A stretch of DNA of 64,000 bases from Candidatus Spongiisociaceae bacterium (GTDB lineage Bacteria > Actinomycetota > Acidimicrobiia > Spongiisociales > Spongiisociaceae). Under the pieces are notes generated by a model. That model was not told where the DNA came from and searched no databases. It saw nothing but the letters and a program-made list of their open reading frames with translations. Below are positions 19,352 through 31,083 of the stretch, in pieces; the first letter of the stretch is position 1; each line of letters starts with the position of its first letter. The DNA lies in assembly GCA_965202665.1 (NCBI GenBank), contig OZ241841.1:672001-736000 (forward strand). Direction: 5' to 3'. Position numbers and translations under genes: made by a program.

Positions 19352-21099
19352 CCGGAGTCAAAAACTTGGACGCGGTGCAGGTGGAGGTGCTGTGGAACCG
19401 GTTGCTGGCGGTGGTGGACGAACAGCAGGTGGCTTTGCAGCGCACCGCTTTCAGCACCATCCTGCGGGAAACTCAGGATTTGGCCTGCGGGGTGTTCGAC
19501 GCCGAGGCCCGCATGATGGCCCAGTCCATGACCGGCACCCCCGGCCATATCAACGCCATGGCCACCGGGGTGCGCCATTTCCTCCGGGAGTTTCCACCCG
19601 GGTCGCTGCAGCCGGGGGATGTGCTGATAACCAACGACCCGTGGATGACCGCCGGCCAAATCAACGACCTGACGGTGCTCACCCCGGTGTTCCGGGGAGG
19701 GCGGGAAGTCGCCTACTTCGCCAACACCTGCCACGCCCCCGACATCGGGGGGCGCATCCTGTCCGCCCAGGCCCGGGAAGTGTACGAGGAGGGGCTGCGG
19801 GTGCCGATCATGAAACTCTACGACCGGGGGGAGATCAACCGGGATCTGATAAACATCGTGCGGGCCAACGTGCGCACCCCCGACGAAACGGTGGGCGACC
19901 TGTACGCCCAGACCGCCTGCAACGACGTGGGGGCCCGTTCGCTGACGCGCTTCATGGACGAATTCGGCTTGGACGACGTGGAGCCGCTCTCCCGGGAAAT
20001 CATTTCCCGTTCGGAGCGGGCCATGCGGGAGGCCATCCGCCGCATCCCCAACGGGACGTACCGGCATCAAACTTGGAGCGACGGGTTCGAGGAGCCGATC
20101 CTGCTGAAAGCGGCCATCACGGTGGAGGACGAGGACATTTTCATCGACTTCGCCGGTTCCTCCCCGGAGAGCGCCCGGGGCATCAACGTGGTGATGAACT
20201 ACACCCACGCCTACGCCTCTTTCGCCATGAAAGCGGCCGTCACCCCCGAAGTGCCCCACAACGACGGGGCCTTCCGTCCGGTGCACGTCAGCGCCCCCCG
20301 GGGCTCCATCCTCAACTGCCGGGAACCGCGGGCGGTGGCCTCCCGCCACCTGATCGGGCATTTCCTGCCGGGGGTGATCTTCGGGGCGCTGGCCCAGGCC
20401 ATGCCCGACCGCCTCATAGCCCCCGGGGCCGACCCGATTTGGATTTCCATCTGCCGGGGCCGGCGCGGCGAAGACGCCGACCCGTTCACGTTCAGCCTGT
20501 TCCAAGCGGGGGGGATGGGGGCCCGGGCCGGCAAAGACGGGCTGGCGGCCACCGGTTTCCCCAGCGGGGTGGCGGGGGTGGCCGCCGAGTCTCTGGAAAC
20601 CCTCACCTCCCTGGTGCAGCACCGCCGGGAGTTGCGGACCGACTCCGGCGGCCCCGGCCGCTACCGGGGCGGCCTCGGCCAGTGGAGTTCCCTCAGTTGC
20701 CGCACCGACCAGCCGTGGACCCTGTCGGCCATGGTGGACCGCATCCGGCATCCGGCGGAAGGCCTGCTGGGCGGCCGTTTCGGAGGGACGGGTTCGTTGC
20801 GCATCAACGACCAGGAGGAGGCGCAACCGAAACGGCTGCTGATGCTGCAACCCGGCGACCGGGTGCACATCGACCCGCCCGGCGGGGGCGGCTACGGCGA
20901 CCCGTTGCTCCGCGACCCGCAGGCGGTGTTGCGGGATGTGATCGAAGGCTACGCGTCCATTGAGGGAGCGGAGCGGGATTACGGGGCGGTGGTGGAATAC
21001 ATCGGCGGCCCCGACCGCCTGGTGCGCCTCCCCGAACATTACCGCTTGGACGAGGAAGCCACCCGCCGCCTCCGGCGGGAACGAACCGCCGCCCGATAA
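19348..21099 (+). CDS. Hydantoinase/5-oxoprolinase subunit B (HyuB-like)
   Basis: RTAFSTILRE..D, PGDVLITNDP, DIGG, EEGL, DSGGPGRYRGGLG, GGGGYGDP. Confidence 0.93.
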   Translation: MTGVKNLDAVQVEVLWNRLLAVVDEQQVALQRTAFSTILRETQDLACGVFDAEARMMAQSMTGTPGHINAMATGVRHFLREFPPGSLQPGDVLITNDPWMTAGQINDLTVLTPVFRGGREVAYFANTCHAPDIGGRILSAQAREVYEEGLRVPIMKLYDRGEINRDLINIVRANVRTPDETVGDLYAQTACNDVGARSLTRFMDEFGLDDVEPLSREIISRSERAMREAIRRIPNGTYRHQTWSDGFEEPILLKAAITVEDEDIFIDFAGSSPESARGINVVMNYTHAYASFAMKAAVTPEVPHNDGAFRPVHVSAPRGSILNCREPRAVASRHLIGHFLPGVIFGALAQAMPDRLIAPGADPIWISICRGRRGEDADPFTFSLFQAGGMGARAGKDGLAATGFPSGVAGVAAESLETLTSLVQHRRELRTDSGGPGRYRGGLGQWSSLSCRTDQPWTLSAMVDRIRHPAEGLLGGRFGGTGSLRINDQEEAQPKRLLMLQPGDRVHIDPPGGGGYGDPLLRDPQAVLRDVIEGYASIEGAERDYGAVVEYIGGPDRLVRLPEHYRLDEEATRRLRRERTAAR

Positions 21100-21120
21100 C
21101 CGGTTCCCAGGGGGGAGGGG

Positions 21121-21153
21121 GGAGGCTCGCCCCCAACACGCCGGCGAGCCTCC
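21121..21153. terminator. Hairpin between convergent genes (probable intrinsic terminator)
   Basis: GGAGGCTCGCC / GGCGAGCCTCC 11-bp inverted repeat. Confidence 0.6.
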
Positions 21154-21219
21154 TTCATAACTTGTTCCCGCCCCGGTCCCGCAACTGCCGCTCCGTCGGC
21201 GGGGAAAACCTATCCTAGT

Positions 21220-21828
21220 TTAGCGGTCCGGCTCCTCGTCGGGCGGCAATGCCTGGTACAACTCGGCCCGCATGGTGCGGGTGTGGTTGAGCAGGCGGGC
21301 CAACAGCCCTTCCAGCCGTTCCAGCCGGTCCGACATGTAATCCTCGGCTTCCAGACGGATGCGATGGGCGTCGTCCTCGGCCCGGCGAATCAAGATACTA
21401 GCCTCTTCGGAGGCCTCGGCGATGATATTGGACTCCGACACCAACTGGTTGGCCTTGGTGCGGGCCTTGGCCACCAGGTTGCGGGCCTGCTCGTTGGTGC
21501 GGGACACGAACAGTTCCCGCTCCCGAACCATCCACCGGGCGGCCCGTATTTCCTCCGGCAACCGGTCGCGCAGGATGTGCAGCATTTCCAGCATCTGATC
21601 CCGATCCATCACCACGTTGCTGGACAGGGGCACCGACTTGGCCGACTCCACCGACAGGATCATCTCATCGATCAGATCCTGCATTTCCCCCACCGTGGGC
21701 AGATCCGGAACTTCCTCATACCGCTCCGAACGGGCGGAGGCCGCCTCCTCAACGATGGCGTCCAACGGGTCCACATCCGGGCGGACCGGCGGGGGCTGCG
21801 CCTCCGGGAAGCCTTCGTAATCGGTCAT
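21220..21828 (-). CDS. Conserved coiled-coil protein downstream of coaD (DivIVA/ATP-synthase-B-like family)
   Basis: VESAKSVPLS...DR...LPEEIRAARW pattern; typical actinobacterial position after coaD. Confidence 0.75.
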   Translation of the reverse strand: MTDYEGFPEAQPPPVRPDVDPLDAIVEEAASARSERYEEVPDLPTVGEMQDLIDEMILSVESAKSVPLSSNVVMDRDQMLEMLHILRDRLPEEIRAARWMVRERELFVSRTNEQARNLVAKARTKANQLVSESNIIAEASEEASILIRRAEDDAHRIRLEAEDYMSDRLERLEGLLARLLNHTRTMRAELYQALPPDEEPDR

Positions 21829-22301
21829 TGCGACCACCGTTCCTTCAATCTGCGGCCCACCCCGGCGGGCACCAGCCGATCCACCGCCCCTCCCAGCCGT
21901 CCCACCTCTTTTACCAGGGAAGAGGAAAGATAGCCGTATTCCGGACTGGTGGGAATGAACACGGTGTCGATGCGGGACAGGCTGTGGTTCATCTGCGCCA
22001 TCTGCAATTCATAGTCGAAGTCGGACACGGCCCGCAACCCTTTTACGATAACGTCCACCTCCGCTTCCCGGGCGAAATCCACCAGCAACCCGGCGAAGGA
22101 GGCCACCTCCACCTCCGGGTGGGAGGCGAACAGCTCCTCCAGCATCTCCATCCGCTCTTCGGCGGAAAACATGGGGGCTTTGGACGGATTGCGAATGACG
22201 GCCACCACCACCCGGTCGAACACCGACGCGCTGCGCCGGATGACGTCCAGATGCCCGTTGGTGGGCGGGTCGAAACTCCCCGGGCACAGGCCTGTGGTCA
22301 C
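21825..22301 (-). CDS. coaD: Pantetheine-phosphate adenylyltransferase
   Basis: PGSFDPPTNGH, KGLRAVSDFDYELQMA, SSSLVKE. Confidence 0.96.
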   Translation of the reverse strand: MTTGLCPGSFDPPTNGHLDVIRRSASVFDRVVVAVIRNPSKAPMFSAEERMEMLEELFASHPEVEVASFAGLLVDFAREAEVDVIVKGLRAVSDFDYELQMAQMNHSLSRIDTVFIPTSPEYGYLSSSLVKEVGRLGGAVDRLVPAGVGRRLKERWSQ

Positions 22302-22348
22302 CGCATCTCCTAACCGGCGGCCGCCGCCGACCGCCATACCCGGCCAGT

Positions 22349-22885
22349 TTACCGCCGATAGCGCAAAATTCTAGCGGAACCGTAGGTGCGGTCGTCCTCC
22401 AAAGTCAAACCTTCCGCCTGCGGAACGGGCCCCCCCGTCCGGCGATGGGCCACCAACGCCCCGCCCGGGGCTAAAAGCCGCCCCGCCGCCGCCAGCGCCC
22501 CCTCCGCCGCATCGTCCGGCAAACGGTAGGGGGGGTCGAAGAACACCAGGTCGTAGGCGTCCCGGGGGGAAGCCCCGGCCAGGAAACGGTCCGCTTCCGC
22601 ACCGGAGGCCCGCCCCCCCAGCCCCACCCGGTCGATGTTGGAGCGCAACGTTTCCAACACCGACCGGTCCCGCTCCACGAACACCGCCGAGGCCGCTCCC
22701 CGGCTGAGGGCCTCCAACCCCAGCGACCCGGTTCCGGCGTAGAGGTCCAGCACTCTCGCCCCCGGGACCTCCGCCGCCAAAGATGAAAACACCGCCTCCC
22801 GCACCCGGTCGGTCATGGGACGCACCCCCGGACCGGGGGGGGATTTCAGCCGTCGGCCTTTGGCGCGTCCGGCGATCACCCTCAT
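22349..22885 (-). CDS. rsmD: 16S rRNA m2G966 methyltransferase
   Basis: MRVIAG..KGRRL, RP.TDRVREA.F, LDLYAGTGSLGLEALSRGA, DPPY. Confidence 0.94.
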   Translation of the reverse strand: MRVIAGRAKGRRLKSPPGPGVRPMTDRVREAVFSSLAAEVPGARVLDLYAGTGSLGLEALSRGAASAVFVERDRSVLETLRSNIDRVGLGGRASGAEADRFLAGASPRDAYDLVFFDPPYRLPDDAAEGALAAAGRLLAPGGALVAHRRTGGPVPQAEGLTLEDDRTYGSARILRYRR

Positions 22886-25122
22886 GAGGCGAACAGCCAT
22901 TCCACATCGTCCCCCAGCAGGGCCCGCACTTCTTCCCGCAACTCCGGATGGGCGTCCAATCTCGGATCCCGGTCCACGAGGGCGAAGGCCTCGCGGCGGG
23001 CCGCCTCCAGTTCTTTAATATCCCGCAGAATGTTGGCGATTTTCAAGTCGGAAATCCCCGACTGGCGATCCCCGAACACCGTTCCCGGCTTGCGCAGTTC
23101 CAAATCTTTTTTGGCCAGGGCGAACCCGTCGTCGGTTTCCACCATGGCCTGAATGCGGGCCGCCCCGTCCTCGGTGGACGGCTCGGCCATCAACGCGCAC
23201 TGCGAAGGGTGCTTCCCCCTCCCCACCCGCCCCCGCAGCTGGTGCAACTGGCTGAGCCCGAACCGGTCCGCGTCCCGAATGACCATCAAAGAGGCGTTGG
23301 GCACGTCGATTCCCACTTCGATGACGGTGGTGGAAACCAGCGCGTCCAGCGACCCGGCGCGGAATTCGTCCATCACCCGGTCTTTTTCCGCCGCCCGCAT
23401 GCGCCCGTGCAACAGGCCCAATCTCAGTTCGGGCAGGTCCTTCCCCAAACGCCGGTATTCGGCTTGCGCGGAGGCCGCCTCCGACTTTTCCGTTTCCTCC
23501 ACCCGCGGGCACACCACGAAAACCTGCCGCCCGGCCGAGACTTCTTTGCGAATCGCCTCATAGACCCGGCGCCGCCCCGCTTCGGATTTGTCAACCGCCC
23601 AAGTTTTGATTTGCGAACGGCCGGGGGGCAGGGACTCCAAAGTGGAAACGTCCAAATCCCCGTACAAAGTCACCGCCAAGGTGCGGGGAATGGGGGTGGC
23701 GGTCATTATCAACAGGTCGGGGTCGCCTTCCCTCGCTTTTTTTTGCAGGCGTTGCCGTTGCCGCACCCCGAACCGGTGCTGTTCGTCCACCACCGCCGCC
23801 CCCAACCGGCGGAAACGCACCCCGGCGGAGATGAGGGCGTGGGTGCCGAAAACCACATCCACTTGCCCCGCCTCGATCATTTGCAGCAACTCTTCCCGCC
23901 TCACGCCGCCCGGGGGGCGAAAGTTGGCTTCGGATTCCTCCCCGGTGAGCAGGGCGACTTTGACGCGCCGGCCGGAACCGTCCCCGTCCGGCTGGTCGAA
24001 CAGGGACTTTTCGTCCGGGGAGGGGGCCATTCCAGCCAACGCTATCAATTCCCGAACTCCCTGATAATGCTGGACGGCCAGCACCTCGGTGGGGGCCATC
24101 ACCGCCGCCTGACAGCCGCCCGCCACCGCGGTCAGGACGGACGCCAACGCCACCACCGTCTTGCCGGAACCGACCTCCCCCTGCAACAGCCGTTGCATGG
24201 CGCGGGGGCGGGCCATGTCTTCTTGGATTTCGTCAATTACCCGCCGCTGGTCGTCGGTGAGGTCATAGGGGAATCCTTCCAAAAAACGGGTCATCAGCGG
24301 GGGATGCGGGCGGTGGGCGATGCCGGAGGATTCGGCCATGTTCCGCTGTTTGGTCATGGCCAAAGCCAACTCCAACCGGAAAAACTCATCGAATGCCAAG
24401 CGGCGGCGGGCCGGGAAGGTCTGCTTGACCGTCTCCGGAAAATGAATCCCGACCAGGGCGGCGTCGCGTTCCAGCAACCTATAGCGGCGGACGATGTCGG
24501 GCGGCAACGGGTCGGGGATGGGCCGGGAGCGGCGCAGAGCGTTCCAGACTCCCCGGCGCAGGTAGCGGGGACCGGCCTCCTTCACCGCCCGGTACATCGG
24601 CACCACCCGTCCGATCTCCAATCCTTCCCCTTTCCCGCCCAACACATCCAGCACCGGGGAGTTCATTTGCAACCTCCCCCGGAACCGCTCCACCTTGCCG
24701 GCCAAGGCGATCTCCGTCCCCTGTTTCAACTGATTGGCGCGGTACGGCTGGTTGAACCACACCGCTTTCAGCGACCCGGTTTCGTCGGCCACTATCGCCT
24801 CCACCATCACCAGGTTGCGCCGCGGACGGCGGGTGGAGACCGACCCCACCAACCCCACCACCGTCACATCGTCCCCCTCCGGCACCTCCCCCAGCGGAAC
24901 CTTCTCCGACCGGTCGATGTAGCGACGGGGGGCATAAAAAAGCAGGTCGGCGACGGAGATGATGCCAGCCTCCTCTAAAGACCGAACCTGTCCCGCGCCA
25001 AACACCTGCCTCATCCGACCCGCCCCGGCGGTTCGGATCAGGCCCACCCCGATGGTTTTCAGATTGGCGAGGCTGCGCCCCGTCCCGATGGGTTCCGGCC
25101 CGGCCGGGTGCTTGTCCTCCAT
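22882..25122 (-). CDS. recG: ATP-dependent DNA helicase RecG
   Basis: RLLQGEVGSGKT, DEQHRFG, MTATPIPRT, QLRGRVGRG, DGF.LA..DL; probable leaderless ATG at 25122. Confidence 0.95.
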   Translation of the reverse strand: MEDKHPAGPEPIGTGRSLANLKTIGVGLIRTAGAGRMRQVFGAGQVRSLEEAGIISVADLLFYAPRRYIDRSEKVPLGEVPEGDDVTVVGLVGSVSTRRPRRNLVMVEAIVADETGSLKAVWFNQPYRANQLKQGTEIALAGKVERFRGRLQMNSPVLDVLGGKGEGLEIGRVVPMYRAVKEAGPRYLRRGVWNALRRSRPIPDPLPPDIVRRYRLLERDAALVGIHFPETVKQTFPARRRLAFDEFFRLELALAMTKQRNMAESSGIAHRPHPPLMTRFLEGFPYDLTDDQRRVIDEIQEDMARPRAMQRLLQGEVGSGKTVVALASVLTAVAGGCQAAVMAPTEVLAVQHYQGVRELIALAGMAPSPDEKSLFDQPDGDGSGRRVKVALLTGEESEANFRPPGGVRREELLQMIEAGQVDVVFGTHALISAGVRFRRLGAAVVDEQHRFGVRQRQRLQKKAREGDPDLLIMTATPIPRTLAVTLYGDLDVSTLESLPPGRSQIKTWAVDKSEAGRRRVYEAIRKEVSAGRQVFVVCPRVEETEKSEAASAQAEYRRLGKDLPELRLGLLHGRMRAAEKDRVMDEFRAGSLDALVSTTVIEVGIDVPNASLMVIRDADRFGLSQLHQLRGRVGRGKHPSQCALMAEPSTEDGAARIQAMVETDDGFALAKKDLELRKPGTVFGDRQSGISDLKIANILRDIKELEAARREAFALVDRDPRLDAHPELREEVRALLGDDVEWLFAS

Positions 25123-25192
25123 GCTCTCAGAATAAGCTTCCCCAGCGGAACGCCCGGCCGACGAAAGCGGCGGGAGAGGTTGTCCGGCTGCG

Positions 25193-25900
25193 TCAAACGC
25201 CGACGGCGGCATCCCAGGCGCTGATGATGGAATCCAGGGAGGCCGACCAGCCGGTGTCCCAGCTGAGGGCGTCCCGGGCCCGCCGCACGGCCGCCCCGGC
25301 CTGTTCGGCGGCGGCCGGGTTGTCCACCGCCCAGGAGGAGGCGTATTTCTCCCAAGCGGCCCTGGTTGCGTTCCAAGCGGCCGTCCATTCCCGGAGCACC
25401 AGTTCCCAGGCGGCCCGGGCGGTGGCTTCCGCCTCCGTCGCCGCATCCATCGTCGCTCCGCCGGCGCGCACCGCGTCCTCCACGTCCAAGGCCTGTTCGG
25501 CGGAGTCTATCGCCGCTTCCAAAGCCGCCTCCTCAGCGTCCCAGGTGACTTTCGCCTCCACCGCGGCCATGGCCGCATCGTCGGCGTCGCGGGCGTTCCA
25601 ATAGGCGTAATCGTTGTCCCAAGCCCTGTCCCAAGCCCGCTTGGCCTCGATCCACAGGGTGCGGGCCTCCTCGAATTCCGCCCACGCCTTGTCCCGGGCG
25701 GCGTTCCATTCCGCATCTTCCCCGTCCAAAGCGTCCAAAGCGGCCCCATAGGAGAACCTGGCTTCCCAGGCGGCCCCCACCGCCTTATCCAAAGTTTGCT
25801 GGACGATCCCCCATGAGTCGCGGGTTTCGGCGACCGGGTCGGTCCCGCAAGCAGTTGCGGCCAACGCCAACGCCGCCAGAATAGAGATGGTTCTACGCAT
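25193..25900 (-). CDS. Hypothetical Ala/Trp-rich helical lipoprotein
   Basis: MRRTISILAALALAATAC signal with lipobox; TATACT -10 just upstream of the ATG; acidic helical body. Confidence 0.7.
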   Translation of the reverse strand: MRRTISILAALALAATACGTDPVAETRDSWGIVQQTLDKAVGAAWEARFSYGAALDALDGEDAEWNAARDKAWAEFEEARTLWIEAKRAWDRAWDNDYAYWNARDADDAAMAAVEAKVTWDAEEAALEAAIDSAEQALDVEDAVRAGGATMDAATEAEATARAAWELVLREWTAAWNATRAAWEKYASSWAVDNPAAAEQAGAAVRRARDALSWDTGWSASLDSIISAWDAAVGV

Positions 25901-26008
25901 GCCCGTAGTATAAACAAACCATCCCGGCCCGGCGGCATTTTGGTTGGCCGGGGCGGTCAATCGGGGAACACGACGGGGAAGCCGAAGGGCGGGGTAGAAT
26001 GCCCGGTC

Positions 26009-26221
26009 ATGCAAGGCGTGGTGAAAATTTACGACCCGAACACCGGAGCGGGGGTGGTGGTGTGCGACGACGACCAGAGCGAGGTTTACCTGCGGGCCGG
26101 TTCGCTGGCGGGCAGCCTGTTCCGTCTGTTGCGACAGGGGCAACGGATAAACTTTGCGGTGGAGGAGGACGGCGGGCGCCGATGGGCGCACACGGTGCGG
26201 ATAGGTTCCGAAGGCCGCTAA
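26009..26221 (+). CDS. Cold-shock-domain (OB-fold) protein
   Basis: MQGVVKIYDP..GAGVV...FRLLRQGQRINF; TAGAAT -10 upstream. Confidence 0.75.
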   Translation: MQGVVKIYDPNTGAGVVVCDDDQSEVYLRAGSLAGSLFRLLRQGQRINFAVEEDGGRRWAHTVRIGSEGR

Positions 26222-26327
26222 CCCGCCTTTCCCCACAATCAGCGGGGGCGGGAAAATATAGTTTCCCCCATCCGGTAACCTGGGCCGGTCTGTATAGTTG
26301 AACCTACTATCCGAGGGAGGAGCCTCA

Positions 26328-26561
26328 ATGGTCGAAGCCTATGTTCTCATCCAAACCGAAGTCGGCAAGGCGAAGGTGGTCGCCGAGCAAGTGGGGATCA
26401 TCGACGGGGTCATCTCCGCCCAGGACGTCACCGGGCCCTACGATGTGGTGGTGCGGGCCGAGGCGGAGGACGTGGACGCACTGGGCCGGTTGGTGGTGGC
26501 CAAAATCCAAGCGGTGAACGGCATCACCCGCACCCTGACCTGCCCGGTGGTCAACCTCTGA
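26328..26561 (+). CDS. Lrp/AsnC ligand-binding domain protein
   Basis: MVEAYVLIQTEVGKA...VTGPYDVV...GITRTLTCPV; GGGAGG RBS. Confidence 0.9.
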   Translation: MVEAYVLIQTEVGKAKVVAEQVGIIDGVISAQDVTGPYDVVVRAEAEDVDALGRLVVAKIQAVNGITRTLTCPVVNL

Positions 26562-26569
26562 ACCGAACC

Positions 26570-27646
26570 TCACCCCAGTTTGCGGGCGATGGAGGCGGCG
26601 TCCCGTAGGGCTTTTCCGTCCGCTCCGGCGGTGGAAAAACGGCGGGGGGGCATCGACTCCAACTCGTCCCACAGGTCGCAGGCCAGACGGGAACGGTCGA
26701 TGGGCGGGTCCACCCACAGATAGAGGGAAAGGCTGCCGGGAATGGTGTTGGCCTCGTTGAGCCACACCTCCCCGTCCCGCTCCAAAAAGTCGAGACGGGC
26801 CATGGAACGGACGCCGGCCAGCCCGGCCGCCTCCGTAGCCAGCGTCCGGATGGCGTCTTCCGTCTCCGGAGGGAGTCGGGCGGGCAGTTCCCGCTCCGAT
26901 CCTTCAATGCCGCCCCCGGACAAGTATTTTTCCTCATATCCGTAGAAAGCCCCGCTCCGGGGGGCTTCGATGGCCGACAACTGCAACTCCGGGTAGGTGC
27001 GCACCGCCACGTTCAGGTCGCGGCTCCCCTCCAAATAGGGTTCGAGGACCGCCCCCCGGCTCATATGGGGGGAGGAGGCGGCCAATGCGAGGGCGGTCGG
27101 ATAGTCGTCCGCGATTTCAATCCCGATGGAGGAGCCGCCGAAACGGGGTTTGACGATGAACGGCGGGGGAAAGCCGGGAGGGTCGTCGGGCGCCGCCGGG
27201 CGGCGGGGCAGGGTGGGCAAACCGGCCGCGGCCATCACCGCCCCAAAGGCCAGTTTGTCCATGCACAGGGCGGAATGGGCGGCGTCGGGACCGGAGTAGC
27301 GAATGCCCGCCAAATCCAGCGCCCCTTGCAGGGAACCGTCCTCCCCCGGGGCCCCATGGCAGCACAGCAAGGCCCGATCCACCCCCAAAGGGCGACGTTT
27401 GGCGTACCAGCCCTCCCCCGGCCCGGCCGCGAAACTTAATTCTACGGCTTTGCGGGGGGGGCCGTCCGCAAAATCGGAGGCCTCGTTGTCGGGCGAAACG
27501 CGGAACCAACGCCCGGTCTTGGACCAGTAGATGACCTCCGGCTCCCGCCCCGCCTCGGCCAACAACCGGGCCATCTGCAACCCGGTGAGAATGCTGATGT
27601 CATGCTCGGGCGACGGACCGCCGAACACCACCGCCGCACCCGACAA
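26570..27646 (-). CDS. ddl: D-alanine--D-alanine ligase
   Basis: FGGPSPEHDIS, HGAPGEDGSLQG, VKPRFGGSSIGI, YEEKY, RLDFL, NEANTIPG. Confidence 0.9.
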   Translation of the reverse strand: MSGAAVVFGGPSPEHDISILTGLQMARLLAEAGREPEVIYWSKTGRWFRVSPDNEASDFADGPPRKAVELSFAAGPGEGWYAKRRPLGVDRALLCCHGAPGEDGSLQGALDLAGIRYSGPDAAHSALCMDKLAFGAVMAAAGLPTLPRRPAAPDDPPGFPPPFIVKPRFGGSSIGIEIADDYPTALALAASSPHMSRGAVLEPYLEGSRDLNVAVRTYPELQLSAIEAPRSGAFYGYEEKYLSGGGIEGSERELPARLPPETEDAIRTLATEAAGLAGVRSMARLDFLERDGEVWLNEANTIPGSLSLYLWVDPPIDRSRLACDLWDELESMPPRRFSTAGADGKALRDAASIARKLG

Positions 27647-27879
27647 TTTTCCCTCCCCGTTCTCGAGCCATCCGCCCCGGGCGACAGCCGCAGGACAACG
27701 GATACTCTACCCCGCCCCCGCAAAAACCCCGGCATCCCCCCGCGGGCGAAGAAATTCCGGGATTCGGACGCAACCATTCCCTCCTCCATATAGATTTGTC
27801 GCACACGCCTTCTAGACCGAAAGGCGATAACCCCTAACAGGGGGCGTACCAGCCCCCACCGAGCATGGAGGAAAGAAAA

Positions 27880-29470
<1,591 letters not shown>

Positions 29471-29507
29471 TATCCCTCCTCCTCTTTGAGAAGGCGGGAT
29501 AGCAAGG

Positions 29508-31082
29508 TTAGGGGTAGTGGTCGGGGAGGTCGTTTTCGTATAGTACGGCGTCGCCGGGGCCTAGGTGGGCGCGCACCCATGCTACGGCTTGCTCCCGGTT
29601 GGGGACCAGAATCACCCGGGCTTTTCCTTCTTCGGCTCCGGAACGGAGGGCTTGGCGGTTGGCGTGGCCCACTATCACCAAAAAGTCGGCCGTTTGTCCG
29701 GCGGTCGCCCCCAGACGCTGGTTCTCCCCGAACTGGCGGGGGCCCAACTCCACCATGCCCGGGGTCACCACCGCCTTCCTGCCCGTCGCATCTCCCAGGC
29801 CCGCCAACAGTTTCAGGGCGCGGGCGGCCCCGTCCGGGTTGGAATTAAAAGTATCGTCGAGGATCTCAAAGCCCGCCTCCGACCTCCTTACCGACTGGCG
29901 ATGCTCCACCCCCCGCAGGTTCGCCGCCCGCTCCGCTACCCGCTCCACCGGAACCCCCAACTCCAAAGCAACCGCCGCCGCGCAGGCCAAGTTGGCGGCG
30001 AACAACCCGGCCGCCGCCTCCCCCGCCGCCTCCCCCGCCACTTCCAGCGCCAACCGCTCCCCCTCCGCCCGCACCCGCACATCCGCCGCCCCCTCCCCGG
30101 TCCCGCACCTCCGCACCTCGGGCCCGTCCGACCCGGCCTGCAAGCGATCGGCCAGCTCCGCCAACTGGGGATGGTCCACGTTCAAAACCACCACCTCGGC
30201 GGACTGGGCGATCTCCGACTTGGCGGCCACGATGCGCTCCACCGTCCGGAAACGCTGCAAATGCACGGGCCCGATGGCGGTGATCACCGCAATCCGGGGG
30301 GGAATCCAACCGCACATTTCGGCGATCTCCCCCGGCCCGTAGGTTCCCATCTCGGCCACGAAAACTTCGGCGTCCGGAGTCAGATGGTCGTTTACCGCCC
30401 GGGCCAACCCCAGGCGGTTGTTGAAACTGGCCGGGCTGGCCACCACCCGCCGGTCGCCCTCCGCCAAATGGCGCACGTACTGCTTGGTGGAGGTTTTCCC
30501 GTAACTGCCGGTGATCCCCACCACGGTGGGCGACACCCGTCGCAAGGCGGCGGCGGCCCGGCGGACGTACTTGCCACTCAGGCGCTTCTCCAACGGAGCC
30601 GCCGCCCACAACGCCGCATCCGTCATCGGAACCAACAAAGCCGCCCCTATCGGGGCCAGCGCCCCCCATAGTCCGGAACGAGCGGTGAGGGCCGCCGCCA
30701 ACCCCGCCAACCCCAGCGAAACCCCCGCCGTCGCCAACCCGGCGAGGACCGCCAGCCGCCGCAACCGGGCCGTCCAAACCAACCGGGCGGTGCGGCCCCG
30801 CACGGCCAACCCCGCCGGGTAAAAGAAAACGGCCAGCACCGCCGCCCCCCGCCACGCGTGATCCAGCCAGCCCCGGCCGGGCAGGGCGAACCAACCCGCC
30901 GCCGCCAAAGACGGGACTACGGACAAAATCCGGTTGAGGACGCCCGTCCGCCGCCACAACCAACATATGGACAAGGCCGAACCGGGCAAATAATGCTCCC
31001 GTTGCGCCACCCGCAGCCACCGCGCCCCCGACCAAGCCAAGGCCGCCGCGCCCGCCGCCTCCCACAACCAGTCCGCCGTCAT
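29508..31082 (-). CDS. murF: UDP-MurNAc-tripeptide--D-Ala-D-Ala ligase with N-terminal membrane segment
   Basis: VGITGSYGKTSTK, PASFN, EMG, IGPVHL, DDTFNSNP, TPGMVELG. Confidence 0.88.
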   Translation of the reverse strand: MTADWLWEAAGAAALAWSGARWLRVAQREHYLPGSALSICWLWRRTGVLNRILSVVPSLAAAGWFALPGRGWLDHAWRGAAVLAVFFYPAGLAVRGRTARLVWTARLRRLAVLAGLATAGVSLGLAGLAAALTARSGLWGALAPIGAALLVPMTDAALWAAAPLEKRLSGKYVRRAAAALRRVSPTVVGITGSYGKTSTKQYVRHLAEGDRRVVASPASFNNRLGLARAVNDHLTPDAEVFVAEMGTYGPGEIAEMCGWIPPRIAVITAIGPVHLQRFRTVERIVAAKSEIAQSAEVVVLNVDHPQLAELADRLQAGSDGPEVRRCGTGEGAADVRVRAEGERLALEVAGEAAGEAAAGLFAANLACAAAVALELGVPVERVAERAANLRGVEHRQSVRRSEAGFEILDDTFNSNPDGAARALKLLAGLGDATGRKAVVTPGMVELGPRQFGENQRLGATAGQTADFLVIVGHANRQALRSGAEEGKARVILVPNREQAVAWVRAHLGPGDAVLYENDLPDHYP

Positions 31083-31083
31083 C

